DNA of 64,000 nt from Geosiphon pyriformis uo1 (Eukaryota; Fungi; Glomeromycota). Below the pieces are notes generated by a model. The model worked only from the letters and a program-made list of their open reading frames with translations. It made no database searches and was not told the origin of the DNA. The translations under genes and the position numbers were made by a program. The stretch spans positions 157,349 through 221,348 of the forward strand of contig JAAOMT010000723.1 of assembly GCA_016748015.1 (NCBI GenBank), in the 5' to 3' direction. Shown one piece after another: positions 27,100 through 40,053 of the stretch (the stretch's first letter is position 1; the number at the start of each line of letters is the position of its first letter).

Positions 27100-28099
27100 T
27101 GTATGATCATTTTGCAATTTTATATTAAATTTTAGAATAGAAATTATACATTTGTAATTTACGCTACTCAAAACTGATGTTCACACACTACATCAAAAAT
27201 TAGCCACAACCCTGTACATACCTTCATCATTCCTTTAGGTAATTTCCCACCACCAGACTAATTGGCGTTATTATTTCGAGATCTGAATCAAGATATTCTA
27301 GAGCAATAATTATCGGTTCACAATATAAAAGATTTGTATTTTTGCAAAAACTATTATGTCCACGATTCATGGAGGTGTAATAATTAAAAATTAGATTCTA
27401 AAGATATTTAGGATTTCTATCACAATCAATTGAACTAGGCTTGATCCCGTTCTAAGGATAATCTAAGATGAGCTTAATAAGTGTTCAAAATGTAAAAGAT
27501 AGAAACTTTGCATCTAATATCATGCACGATTCAAACTCTGAAGTCTGAGAGTTATGATGAAAGCTTCAAACTATCATCAATGAAAAGAATATTCTCAAAC
27601 CAGTTTAATTATATAATCATACGCTAATTAATGCTAAATATCTTGATAATGAAATCCTTTTAATTCAAATTACTTATCTTTAAAATCCAGTTACAAAGGA
27701 AAGAAAAATTGCTTAAATTTAACCAGAATAAAATAATATTATCCCGTTGTCACCCAGTCACCCAGTCACCCAGTCACCACGATAAGATAATAACATAAAA
27801 ACTGAGATACGTACAATCCCCTGACAATTTAACCATTGGTTATACCAACGGAAATATGTTTATACCAGAATGCCCATGTTTTAATAAGAGACAGCACAAA
27901 ACTTCCAACAAAAGTAACGAGTTATTCCGAAAAGAGATATGCTTTTTTTAGAATATCATATTTTAATGGAAGTCAGTGTAAAACCTTTCACAAATAATAT
28001 AGAAAAATCACAAGAGGACTATAAAAATAGGTTTTAATTTTCATTTTAAAATACTCTCAGAAATTTTTTGTAAAAAATGTATGTCAAAGCGTAGAGCTA

Positions 28100-29372
28100 C
28101 AATTAGCACAATCTAATCTTGTTTTACATAAAACAAATAACCAGATTTTTAACTAAAAACTTGACATAATTTATGAAAAAGTTAAAATTTATACAAAAAA
28201 ACATTACTTTTTTATAAAAGTATACAAAAATTAGTACTAAAGAACAAGTTTTTAAATAATTAAAATTTAAATACATAACCAAAAAAAAATAAGTTAACAA
28301 ATAATAAAAAATTTTAATTTATTTTATCTGTATAGTTATTAGTACCAAACAACACATAATATATTATTTTAATTTTATTATTTAATCAAATTATCAAATT
28401 ATCAAATATTATTATTTAATTAATAATTTGATTTATATAATACACAAATATAATTAAAATACACAAATTTAATTAAAATATAATAATTGAATTATATAAT
28501 ATTTTAAATTATATAGTATTTAAAAAATTTACCAAAATATCTAATATTACAACCAGATATATATATAAAAAAGCTTTGCTTTTCAAAAAAAATATTTTAT
28601 TTTATTTAAGTTTAATTAAAACTAATTAATTATTACAAATTAATAAAATAAATTTTTATTTAAAAAACCAAATTTTATTCATAATTATTTTTTTTAAAAT
28701 TAAAATATTTTTTAACTGATACTCTAAAATTAATTATTTTACAAATTTGTAAAGAAATATTTCTTTTTTCAATAAATTTATTTTTTATTTTATTTTTTAT
28801 TTTTTATTTTTATTAAAAATTTTGCAATCAAAAATTTTTGTAAAAAAGTTAATTTTTATTACACAAGTTTATTAATATAAAATTAGTCATTTTAATAATA
28901 TATGCTATTACTTAACAGAATTTAACATATATTATTATCAAAATTATTTTTTTAAATTATATAATTATTAATTATAATATTTATATAATATAAATAGTAG
29001 AAATTTATAAATAATAATCAAAAACATAATACAATATAATAATATATAAACACTTATAATTGTATCTAATTTTACAAAATTATTAAAAAAATTAATTTAA
29101 ATAATATTTATTAATAAATAAATAGTTTAATAATTTATTAATTGTTTATAATTTAATCAAAATTAGTTTATTTTTATATAGCCAAAAATATATATATATA
29201 CAATAATTTTAACTTACAAAAAAAATATTTATTTAACAATAAAAAATTAAATAATTAAAAACCTTTTTTTTTAAAAAAAAATATTTGTAAAAACCACAAA
29301 AAAACATAATTAGAAATATAAAAATACTTTAAAAGATTTTTTTGTTAAATAAATATAACAAAAAAAAAAAAA
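28100..29372. other. Extremely AT-rich tract at the gene/TE-block boundary
   Basis: Near absence of G/C; no ORFs. Confidence 0.45.
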
Positions 29373-29486
29373 CTTCTTTCTTTCTTATATTTACAAATCC
29401 TCAAAAAGTGCTTTTCTAAAAAAGAAGTTTTTTTTATTTTTTCTTGTTAGTATTTCACGATTTTTTTTTCTAATAACCCATTTTTC

Positions 29487-31348
29487 ATGGACCTAAAGGC
29501 TACTTTTAATAGCAACATGTCTAAAAAGAAAGCACCAAAAGATGTTTTTTATGATCTTACAGGTGGCTCTTTTTCACAGAAAAAGAAAATTGTGTTTGGG
29601 AATGTTAAGTATTCTAATGATAAAAAAGATATCTCTCTAAACAAATCTGAGTTTGGTGACAATGTGTTTTCTAATGTGGATAGTCTATCTGGTGATGAGA
29701 AAATTTCTAATATGACTGATATTAATATTAAGTCTTTTCTGGATTCAGCTGCCAATACTTCTAAAGCAAAACATGTCAATACTAGTGCTGCTTTTGGTTC
29801 TCCACTTGGTTCTCCCAACTTTGACATAAATAATAATGAAGAAATGTCTTTTCCTTCTTATCTATCAATTTTTTTGAATAAAAAGTGGGTTGATCCCAAA
29901 ATCATCAAGACTCAGGTAGAGGTTTCAGTTAAGCAATCATTCACTTTGGACATTAATCTCTTGACTGTAGAAGGAAAATCAGTGACAGCAAAAACCCAAT
30001 TCATCAGAAAAATTTTTTCAACTATCAATGGTTTTGGGGAGACCACTATCCCTCAAAATTTGAAGAAATTATTTGATTGATATTTACTTTTAAGGAGAGC
30101 TACATTATTGGCCAGAAAGAAAGGAATTATCGTAAACAGTGATCTCAAAAAACAAGGGATTCATTCAGATTAGGCCATGATAATCAAAAAAATTCTTATA
30201 GATACGCCAAAAAAGATGATCATTGCCACAGTTTCTGAGTTTGGTAATATTAAGTCAATCAAAATTCAGCTGATTGGAATGTGGCAAAAGGCTGTGGTAG
30301 AATTTGCTGAATTGGAATAGACAAAACAACTGGCATCAAGATGGTTATTCCTCATTGGAAAAAACTCAGTATGTGTAGCTATGGCTGTAAAAGATTAGGA
30401 TACTTGGATGTCTAGGAATTGCTTTAGGGCATTTTTGTTTACTTTGCTGGTAGGAACAACTGTGTATGATTTTGGTACTCTTTTAGAAAGGGCTGGTGAG
30501 AAAACTTGTGTGATCAATTGTTTTCTGGAGACTGGCAACTGGACTTGCTGTACTGTTATTGGTTTTGAGTTTGAAAGTAAGCTTAAATTTGCATTTCACA
30601 TTGAGCTGATTTTTGGTGGTATGAAACTTTTTTGGGCTAGATTGGACTTGGTTTGGTATAAAAAATATGGGAAGTTTGGTCACTCAGCTTTGGAATGTGA
30701 TGCTTCTGACACTTTGGTGTCTGCTTCCTCTAAAAAAAACTTTAAAAGAATTGTTTTTGATGTGAATTGCTTTCAGCTGGCTAGATTGTATGCAAAAAAA
30801 ATGTTTCTATTTCTTGCTCTGCTGCTTTTGGTGACAAGTCATGGGCTCAAGTAGTCTCTTTTGCATCTTTTGGTGGTCTTCAATTTGATTCTGGTTATGG
30901 TTTTGGTTCTTTTTCTTCTGGTGTTTTGGGTTTGGATGGTGGTCCTTTTCTTGTTCTGGTCAAAAATTCATTTTTGAATGCTCATTTGACTTTTTTAGAA
31001 CATTCTTTAAAGCTATTGAGTGATTAAGTTTCTGACATTGTATGTAAACTTAGCAACATAGAATTGGTGCCTTTGGCTCTTCCTCCTTCTTCTGATCTTT
31101 TGGTTGCCCCAATAAACATCAATTTAGATTCGGACTTGAATATAGTTTTGGATGGTTCTGTGATAGTGCCTGTGCTTTCTTCTGTTATTCCAGCTCTGGG
31201 CCTCAGTAGCTCAAAAATTTTGATGACTAAGGTGGACTGTTTAAAGTTCAAATTGGTGGCTCTTAAAGCCTCAATCAGTTTGGTGCTAGTAAAGTTAGAT
31301 CAGTTGTGTGCTGGCTTAGGTTCTTAGGTGTTTTCTGCTTTCCAATGA
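29487..31348 (+). pseudogene. LINE ORF1 (gag-like; RRM-like segment, degenerate CCHC knuckle, C-terminal leucine-rich coiled coil)
   Basis: Fragments MDLKAT..., SEFGNIKSIKIQLIGMWQKAVVEF and WYKKYGKFGHSALEC (CxxCxxxGHxxxxC with Cys>Tyr TGT>TAT changes). Broken by stops and frameshifts. Confidence 0.8.
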
Positions 31349-34300
31349 TTAATTTAGTATGGAAGATTGCCACGTGCAATGTTAGAGGTATAAACAATCT
31401 AGCAAAACAGGAGGATGTTGTTTGTTGGTATTTGGAGTCAGATAACATGGTTTCCATTCTTACTGAAACTAAGATAAGGGCATGTGTTAGGTCTTGGATC
31501 AAGGACAAGTTTGAAGGTATTAGAATTTTTACTTTTGGTCTTGAGATGGGCTTTTTAGGCACAGTGGTGGCTATTATAATGAATAGTTCATTGGCTTGAC
31601 ATGTTTCAAAGATTGAAGAAATTCCTGGTCAGATTATTTCTGTTCATTTGCTGTTTAAAAATAAATTTTCAGTGATTATTCTAGGTTTGTATGCTGGTGC
31701 TTCAGTTAAGACTTGTTTTTCTCAGGCCTCTAGCATTAATTCTTTTATTTCTAAGACTGTAAATACAAGCTCTTTTGTGGTTCTTGGTGGTAATTTCAAT
31801 GAGAATAGGTTAAAAGATGTGCAAGTTTCAAGAGGTGTTTGGAGCTGGGTCTGGTCAACTCATTGATTAGATTTTCTTTAAGTAAGTCTAGCACTTGGAG
31901 CAATTTGCATGAGGTTTCAAAAACTATTAATGACGTTTTTGTAAGTGATAGTTTGGTTTCAGCTATTGTTGAACATGAAGTCATCTCTGTATCCAAATTT
32001 TTTGATATTAATCATGAAATGATTGGGATCTTGGTTGGGTTGGAAGGTTTGATTGATGCATGTTTGAACAATGTTTGCAAACAGGCTAATAAAAACACAT
32101 AGAAGTTTAAGATCAAAAATACAGATATGGCCAAGTGGATGCATTTTAAAGAACTTTTTTTGGCTAGGTTGGCTATGTCTCTAAGTTTCTTTTTAATCAC
32201 GAAAGAAGAAGGGGATTTAGATGAAATATGAAAAGTATTAAAAAGTGCATTGTGTGATTCAGCTGATGAAATATTTTCTAAACACTGGTTTAGCAAGTTT
32301 GACTGCCCAAAAAACAAGCAGTCTTCTAAGTTTTTCAAGTTGGAATCTTTATTGGCTAAGATTATGAAATGCTTGTCCTCAAGACAAATGTCAGAATTTG
32401 ATTATCTTGTTCAGGTTTGGTCAACTCTTGATGATGATGAGGCCTCTAAGTTTCTTGCCTTGCATTATGACAATCCTAAATTGGCTATGCTGCTTGAACA
32501 TTTGTCTAAAGCTAAGAAAGATTATCATAAGTCCAAATACTATGAGGCTGAGCTAACCAAGAATGGATGCATCAGAGATGCAATTGATAAGCATATAAAA
32601 AATTTTATTTTAGATAAAAGCAGTATGATCAGAAGTGTCTTAAAACAGCCATTTTGCAAGGTTGTTCTGAATCATTTAGTAATTGGAGACAAGCTAGTTC
32701 TGGAGCCTGGTGAGGTAAAATTCAAAGTAGATGAAATCATAATGGATTGGACTCATAAGAGAAGAGTTACTCCAGTCTTATCTGATTTGTGGGCCCATTA
32801 ATATAGTCCTTTGGAATATGTTAATAATACTGCTTTTTTAGAAGTAATATGTAACATTAGTTTGGAAAAGTTGTCTTTGGTGGTTAGTGGTTTACCCAAT
32901 AGAAAGACTGCTGGTCTTTCTGGTATACCTAACAAATTGTGGCAGCACTGTGGTGATAAGATCATGACATGTTTTTTGGATTTGTTGAATTCTTGCTTAA
33001 AGGTGGGTGATGTTCTCATGCTTTGGAAAAGGGCTTGGGTCTTTATGATTTCCAAGCCTTATGACTAAAATGGAGTTTTAACTAACACAAGACTAATTGC
33101 ACTCATTGAAACTGCAAGGAAAATTTTGTCCAAAGTTCTGTTAGATTGTATTTTGTCTGCATGCAGCAAGTTTGGCATTCTGCATGGTGACAACTTTTCA
33201 GTCTTGAAGAGCATTTCAACTTAGTCTCCTGTCTTTGCTGTGGGCTCAGTTGTTAAAGATGCTTTGAAGAAGGATCGTGAGATCTGGTTGGTCTTACAGG
33301 ATATGTGCAAAGCATATGATTCTGTTGGTTGGCATCATTTAAAGTTAAGCTTGGAGCACATCAAAATGTGTAGCAAATTTATAAAATTTTTTGGCAATAT
33401 TCACGAAAACAAATACAATAGGATAATGACTGACTTTGGTCTTTCAGATGACTATGTGGTCCATGATGATTTAGATCAAGGGGAGGTCTTTTTTTCACTT
33501 CTTTGGAGGATTTTTTATGACTCTTTGTTGTGTAAGATTAAAAGACAAGAACATTTGTGTGGTTATAGAATCAATTCAAATTTTGTAGCAAAAACTGGCA
33601 GAGTGGAGGCTAGTGGTAATAAATCTTCTTTTTTTACAACTGGTGTCTTTGTGGATGATACAATTTGGATAGAGAATGACCAAGCATCAACACAATACAT
33701 TTTAGATATTACTAGTGAATTCTTTGAGATTAATGATATTTTTATCAACAATGACAAGACTGTAACCATTCTTATCAACCAGAGAGTAGCAGACATCTCT
33801 TTAAGCATTAGTAATAGGCCCATATCTGTAGTAAGAAAAGGCGAATCTCACAGGTACTTGGGCATATTTTTGTCTACAGAGGGTTTGTCCAAACCCAGTC
33901 TTGCCAAGGCTTATGTGGATGTTAGGTTTTTTTCAAATATGGTTTTCAAGAAAACAGTGTTTGATAAGCAATTTTTATATTTGGTTTTGGCAGTTCTTAA
34001 GCCTATTGTCAATTATCATATGTAGTTTAGTTTTATTGCCAAGAGTGTGTATTGAAAATGAGACATTTTAATTAAAAGGAGGCTTAGGTCTAAAGCTCTT
34101 TTGCCAAGAGATTTTCCCAATAAAGCCTTGCATTACTTATCTTTATATGGTCTAAAATTGTTTAAACAGGTGCAAATTGAAGTCAAGGTTGCCTCAGTGA
34201 TCAGTTTTTCTAATGCATCTGGAATACTGGGTTGTTTGTTCGAATACCATGCTTTGAATTTATAGATTATAGGGTGGACACCCCTTTATCCATTGTGTTA

Positions 34301-36026
34301 TCCTGTTAAGTTGAGAGTTTGTCCATTGGATAATTTTTTGGCTGGTGTCATAAGGATTTTTGTTGATGTTAATGTTTTTTTGTCCAATCATATACCTTCT
34401 GCATTTTGTTGTTTCAGCCACATCCCAATGTTTGGGATTCTGGGACCCATCTCTTATTTTAATGTGGTACATTCTTTAAAGCATTTCAGTATTGCCTTTG
34501 GTAATGTTTTGCTTGACAAGCAGAGTTATATAATGGATTAGAAAACTTTTCAGCATTGGAAGAGGTTAAGTTCTAAAGGTCCAGTGCCAACTTGGTTCAC
34601 TAAAGCATTCGTGCATATAACCAATCATTTGTCAGGGCCTAGTGAAGATTTGGCTGTTGTGGATCATTCTAACTTTTTGTGTTCAGCCAACTTTTTAAGT
34701 GCTCGCGAACATTTGCATGAAGTGTGGGCTGGGGAGCTAAACATATTTACTAATAGTTCATTAAGTAGTCTGAATACAAAGAATATGGCTTGTGGGGCTG
34801 CAGCTTTTTTTTCTGAAATTAACATGGGTGTAAGTGTGGATGTTTAGGGTCTGCTGTTCTCTACTTTGGCAGAACTGCAAGCAATTGCTTTGGCTTTGGA
34901 ATGTGTTCCCTTATCATGCTCAGTTGTACTTTACTCTAATAATCAGGCAGCTTTGACTGCTTGTATATCAGAATGCGAATTGGATCAGCCTGACTTTCAA
35001 AATCAATATTGGGTGAAAAGACATTATATTGCTAATTTAATTAGGTCGAAAGACATTTCTGTTAGATGAATGAAAGTGAAAAGGCATTTGGATGTAATTG
35101 GCAATGATTGTGCTGATGTTCTGGCTTGTGCTGTGGCACATTTGGGCCTGGTTCTCTTTGCTAAGATTTCTAATAAGTTTCTTATAGCAGATGGGCTTGG
35201 CATCTCTGACAATGCTTGTCATTTTGTGCATAATGTTTTTTATACTATGAATTAGGCTTTGTAGAAAACTAGACCTGAAGTCAATATGCTAAACAAGTTA
35301 AGTATTGGGCATGTTGACTAAGAGTACACAGCATCTGTGTAGCATCTGGACTCTTATATGTTAACAGATTTTACTAGTAGAAAATTGGCTGCTTTGCGTA
35401 CTTATTTGATGAAGGCTGTTTACAGGAGATCACTGGTTGCTATTCATAAAAAACTATATAACAGAAGCTATCTGAACATCTTGTGTCTGATGTGTAGTAA
35501 AGTTGAGCTTTTTGATCATGCTTTCATGTGTGCTGCAGATGCTATGATTCATTCAAAGATTGTATCAGATTTGGTGATTTTGTAGAAGTCATTGGCAGGT
35601 GATTGTCTTTTAGTTTTATCTTCAATATTACTTGCTCTTATAGAGCCCATAGATTGTGGCATATATGTTGTAATATGCAAAAATTTTGCTTTTAAGAATT
35701 GGGCTAAGGAAACTGTTTCTATATTTGGTAACAAGAAGAAGACCATGTTGGTAGTTGTCAATTTCATCCGTCATTTGGCAGATGACCATCATAGTAGAGT
35801 ATGGTTGTTAAGGTCTAAATTTTGTGCTGATATAGAAAAGTGTGGTTTAGTTTGTGATACTGGTGCTGTTTTTGTTTCTTTATGTAGTTTGTCTTGTTAG
35901 CTGTCTGAAGGTGTGGTTTATATGCTTGGTATTATTGAGTTATTTGCTGTTAGTTTTGGTTCGAGGAAGTGTTGTTTATTTTTTTCTGGTTTGGATGTCA
36001 GTTCAGGAGTCTTTATAAGTATATAG
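31345..36026 (+). pseudogene. LINE ORF2: AP endonuclease, reverse transcriptase, RNase H, C-terminal zinc knuckle
   Basis: APE KIATCNVRGIN, ILTETK, GGNFN. RT IALIETARKILSK, QDMCKAYDSV, LDQGEV, FVDDTIW, RYLGIFL. RNase H IFTNSSL..ACGAAAFF, AELQAIALALE, YSNNQAAL, KVKRH..GNDCAD. CLMC..E..DHAFMC. Many in-frame stops. Confidence 0.92.
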
Positions 36027-36175
36027 TGCTGTTTTGATAAGCTTAAGTGACTGGTCATGTGTAGTAAGTACATGAACCATATTTAGTTTAATTTATTTTG
36101 CTTTGACTCTATATACTAGATAGTAATTAGGCTGCACTTGTTAATCAATAAAAAAAATAAAAATAAAAATAAAAT

Positions 36176-38856
36176 TTAATAATAAAAATTTTTAAATATT
36201 AATAAAATAATATTTATAACTATTAAAAACAATTTTTTATAATAACATAATATAAAATAAATAGTTTATTAAAATTTTAATAACTTTTATTAATAACAAA
36301 ATTAATATTAACAATATTAAAAAAACAACCAAATTTATGGTAATATTTGGTGTTTTTCTAAAATTTTTAACATAATAAAAAGTTATATAAAATAATATTA
36401 TTTGTAAATAAATATTTAAAATTTTATATAAAATAATATTTTTAAAAAAAAAATTGTATTAACAATTATTTTTTAAAGTAGATTTAATTTAAGTTTAAAA
36501 TTAAATTTTTTTAACAAATTTGAGTTCAATTCAAGTTTGGTTTAAAATTTATAAATTTGTTTAAGTTTAATAAAATTAAAAAAATATATATAGTTTGTAT
36601 TATTTGTTTATTAATTATTATTTTGTTTAATTATTATAATCAGTTAAAAAATATATAAAACCATATATATATAAAAATTCTGTTTTTTAACTTATTAAAA
36701 TAAATTATTGTTTAATATTACTAAAGATTTAAAATCTAAAATAATAAAATTTAATAATTCAAATAGTTTAAATATTAATAAAATAAAATATAAAACTATT
36801 TTAATAAGTTTAAATAAAAAAGAAAAAAACAGCTAAATATATAGTTTTAAAATATATACATAAATTATTTTTTGTATAACTATAATTATTATTAAATTCT
36901 TATAATATCATTTAAAAATCTTTTATTAAACAGTCTATATTATAAAAAAAAATATTATAAAAAAAAACAAAATGGTAAAAAAATTATAAATTGATTAAAA
37001 AAATATTTTAACAAATAAGATTGTTATTTTTTTATGATTTTTGACCAATTTAATTAAAAAACTGCTTTAGTTTTTGTAATAATTATTATTAATGTTAATA
37101 ATAAAAAACTTTGTAATATAATTACTATTTGGTTTATTAAGTATTAATAATTATTTATTACAATAAAAATTTTTAAATTAATTAAAATATTTTAATATTT
37201 GAACTCTATTTTTCAATTTTTTTATATTAATACTATTAAAAATAAAATTATAAATTATATATCTTAAATAAACAAAAATTAAAAGTAAATATTATTTTTA
37301 TTATAAAATATTCTTTTTATTTTACTTATATTTATAATATAATAGTCATACTTAAGTATTATTAAGTTCAAAATTTTTTTTATATTAATTTTTTAAATAT
37401 TTTTTAATATCAAAGTTTTTGTTTTTATTATTATTTATTATATTAATAACAATTAAGATTTTTAATAAATAATATTTAATTTTGGTTTATTAAATAAACA
37501 ATATAATAATATCAATATTGTAAATAAATTTTTTAAAATATTAAAAGATTATAAAATTATATTAAAAATACATACATATATATTTTATATAAATTTAGAT
37601 TAATTAATAACCAATAATAAAATTGTCATATTATATAGCAAATTAGTATTATCTAAAACTTAAAAATATTACAATGTTTATATTATTAAAAATTGTGTTT
37701 TTTTTAATATTAACTTAAGTTAGTTTTTATTATTGCTTTAAAGTTAAATTTTTAATATTTACATTATTAAAAATCATGTTTTTTAATGTTGTTTTAAGTT
37801 GGTTTTTATTATTGCTTTAAAGCCAAATTTCAATATTAGTTTTATTTAAAATTTAAAGTTATTATAATGCTTAAATTATTAAAAATTGTATTTTTTTATT
37901 ATTGTTTTTATTATTGTTTAAACCAAATTTTCAGCCAAAAAAATTAAAAAAACAATTTAAAAAAAGTTGTATTTACTTTTTTTTTATGATTTTATTATTA
38001 ATTTTATTATTTATTAAATTAATTTTTTTTTCAATAGTTTCTTGTTATTATCTTAAATAATACTACAAATAATAATATTTTTATAAAAAAATAAAATTAG
38101 AAAAAAAAAACATATAATAAAACTCAAAACACTTTTAATTTTGATGCTTTAATTATATTTTTAATTCAATAATACAAATAATTCTAAATAAAATAAATAA
38201 TAATATTTTTAAAATATTTATTAAAAACTCAAACCAAAATATAATTTATCTGAAATTTTTTTAATGTAAATTTTGTATAATTTAAGATTAAAAAACTTAA
38301 TTTTATAATTTATATTTTATTTTAATGTTTTGAATTTCTTAAATATATTTGTAATATATATTAAATTAAATATTATAAACTTATTTTAAATTGTTTTATT
38401 TAGTAAAATTTTACTTATAACATAATTAAAAATAGATTATTTCTTAAATTAATAAGTTTTTTATTTCTGATTTTATATATTTTAAATACAAAAATTCCAA
38501 CTATAAATTTATAAACATTTAATATTCTTATATTTATATTAATTTTTTTTAATATGTTATTTTACATAATAATTAAGTTGTTTTTGATAAAATTGCTAAA
38601 TTTTTTGAATTATTTAAGAATATTATATTAAAATATTAAAATATTAGCCAGTTTAAATAATACTGTTTTTTTAATTATTATTATTTTAATATTATTTTAA
38701 AACAAATACAATTGTAATATTTTGTATTATATTAAATCCAAAAAAATTTTTATTATTTTACAAAAAAAAAATTTTTGAACAATATTATTAATAAAACAAA
38801 AAAATTATAAATTATTTATTTATTTAAATAGTATTATTTTCTAACTTTTAAAAAAA
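36176..38856. other. Extremely AT-rich tract between the two LINEs, with a degenerate ~80-bp tandem repeat at ~37681-37930
   Basis: attattaaaaat..tgtttttt..tttttattattgctttaaag.. unit occurs about three times; no ORFs. Confidence 0.5.
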
Positions 38857-39262
38857 CCTTTTTTTTTATGTCTAAAATTTCCCAAAGAGCAATTTTTTAA
38901 AAAAGAAATTTTTGTTTTTAGTTATTCTAGTATTATCACTATTAATATTTTTTAAGTCAATAATCTTTTTATAATAAACATAAAAGCTGCTTTAAATGAC
39001 AAAATGTTCAAGAAAAAAATACTTAAAAGAACTTTTTATAGTTCTGTTAATGATACTTTCTTTTAGAAAAAAGAGTATCTGTAAGTAATATTAAGCACTT
39101 TGGTAATGAAAAAAAAATCTCTTTGGTTAAATTTAATCTTAGTAATAGAATATATTTAAATATAAATAATAGTGAAATTAGTAATGTTTTAATAAATACT
39201 AATGGTAGTTTTCTTTTTGGCTTAGCTATTATAACTCCTAAAGCTAAAAGATTTAATGTCAG
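38857..39262 (+). mobile_element. 5' stub of a second, more decayed LINE of the same family
   Basis: Colinear with 29373-29770, e.g. aaagctgctttaaatgacaaaatgttcaagaaaaaaatacttaaaag vs aaggctacttttaatagcaacatgtctaaaaagaaagcaccaaaag. Ends abruptly at the LTR at 39263. Confidence 0.8.
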
Positions 39263-40053
39263 TATTACAGTTTAAAAATTTAATAGGAATTATAAATAAT
39301 ATAAATTAGCCAATCATGAAATAGCACAGCAACAATTTATAAAAAGAAATAATTTACAAATAACAACAAACACTATTTTATAATAGCAGCAAGCACTATT
39401 GTACAAAAGCAACAAGCACTATTTCACAATAGCAGCAATCACTATTTAGAAATAACAAAAATAGAGTATTACAAAACATTATTTTGTAAAACAATAATTA
39501 TATATATATACAATAGTTTTTAATAATAAAAAATCAGAACAGCTTCAACTAAAAGCAACAAATATCTAAATAAAAATAATAAATTGAATTAACATCACAA
39601 TTATAAGATTAACAATAGAGTTCACATATTCTTTCTAGCAAATAAAACTATTATTCTATCTTTGAATTCTTTGGAAAAATAATTTCTAATCAAGATTATT
39701 CATGTGGTTACTAATTAAATTGAAAAAGCTTTATTATATACTTAGGGAAATTGCAAAAAGACTATTAACATTCTGTGTTTCTAGATTAAAAAAACACATC
39801 AGACAATTGCAAGAATAGTCTTAAAGAAGACCCCAAACAGTGGATAGATTTCAGATTAGTCTCTAAGAAGAAGTACACAACATACAAAGACAACTAGAAT
39901 TAAAAAAAAGACTTACATCACAACATTAAGAGAAAACTTTTAGTACATTATCATTAATATCCAACACATAAAATCGAGGAACTCATGAAAGACTGATTGC
40001 AATTAAAATAGAATATCAGTAATTAAATATACCAAGAAAACATTCCCATAATA
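39263..40053. mobile_element. Solo LTR, copy 1 (791 bp), no target-site duplication
   Basis: Colinear with 51550-52415. Termini TATTAC...CATAATA are decayed TGTTAC...TAACA. Flanks tcag / gtgt differ. Four 23-bp internal repeats. Confidence 0.85.

Larger units (their letters stand above)
29373..36175 (+). mobile_element. Full-length degenerate non-LTR retrotransposon (LINE) with ORF1, ORF2 (APE-RT-RNase H-CCHC) and A-rich tail
   Basis: 5' UTR is shared with the stub at 38857. Domain motifs are listed in the two ORF features. 3' end ...ttaatcaataaaaaaaataaaaata at ~36147-36175. Confidence 0.9.

Noticed and set aside
27150-27240. Possible C/D snoRNA on the - strand (ATGATGA)
   Set aside because: No properly placed CTGA D box or terminal stem was found.
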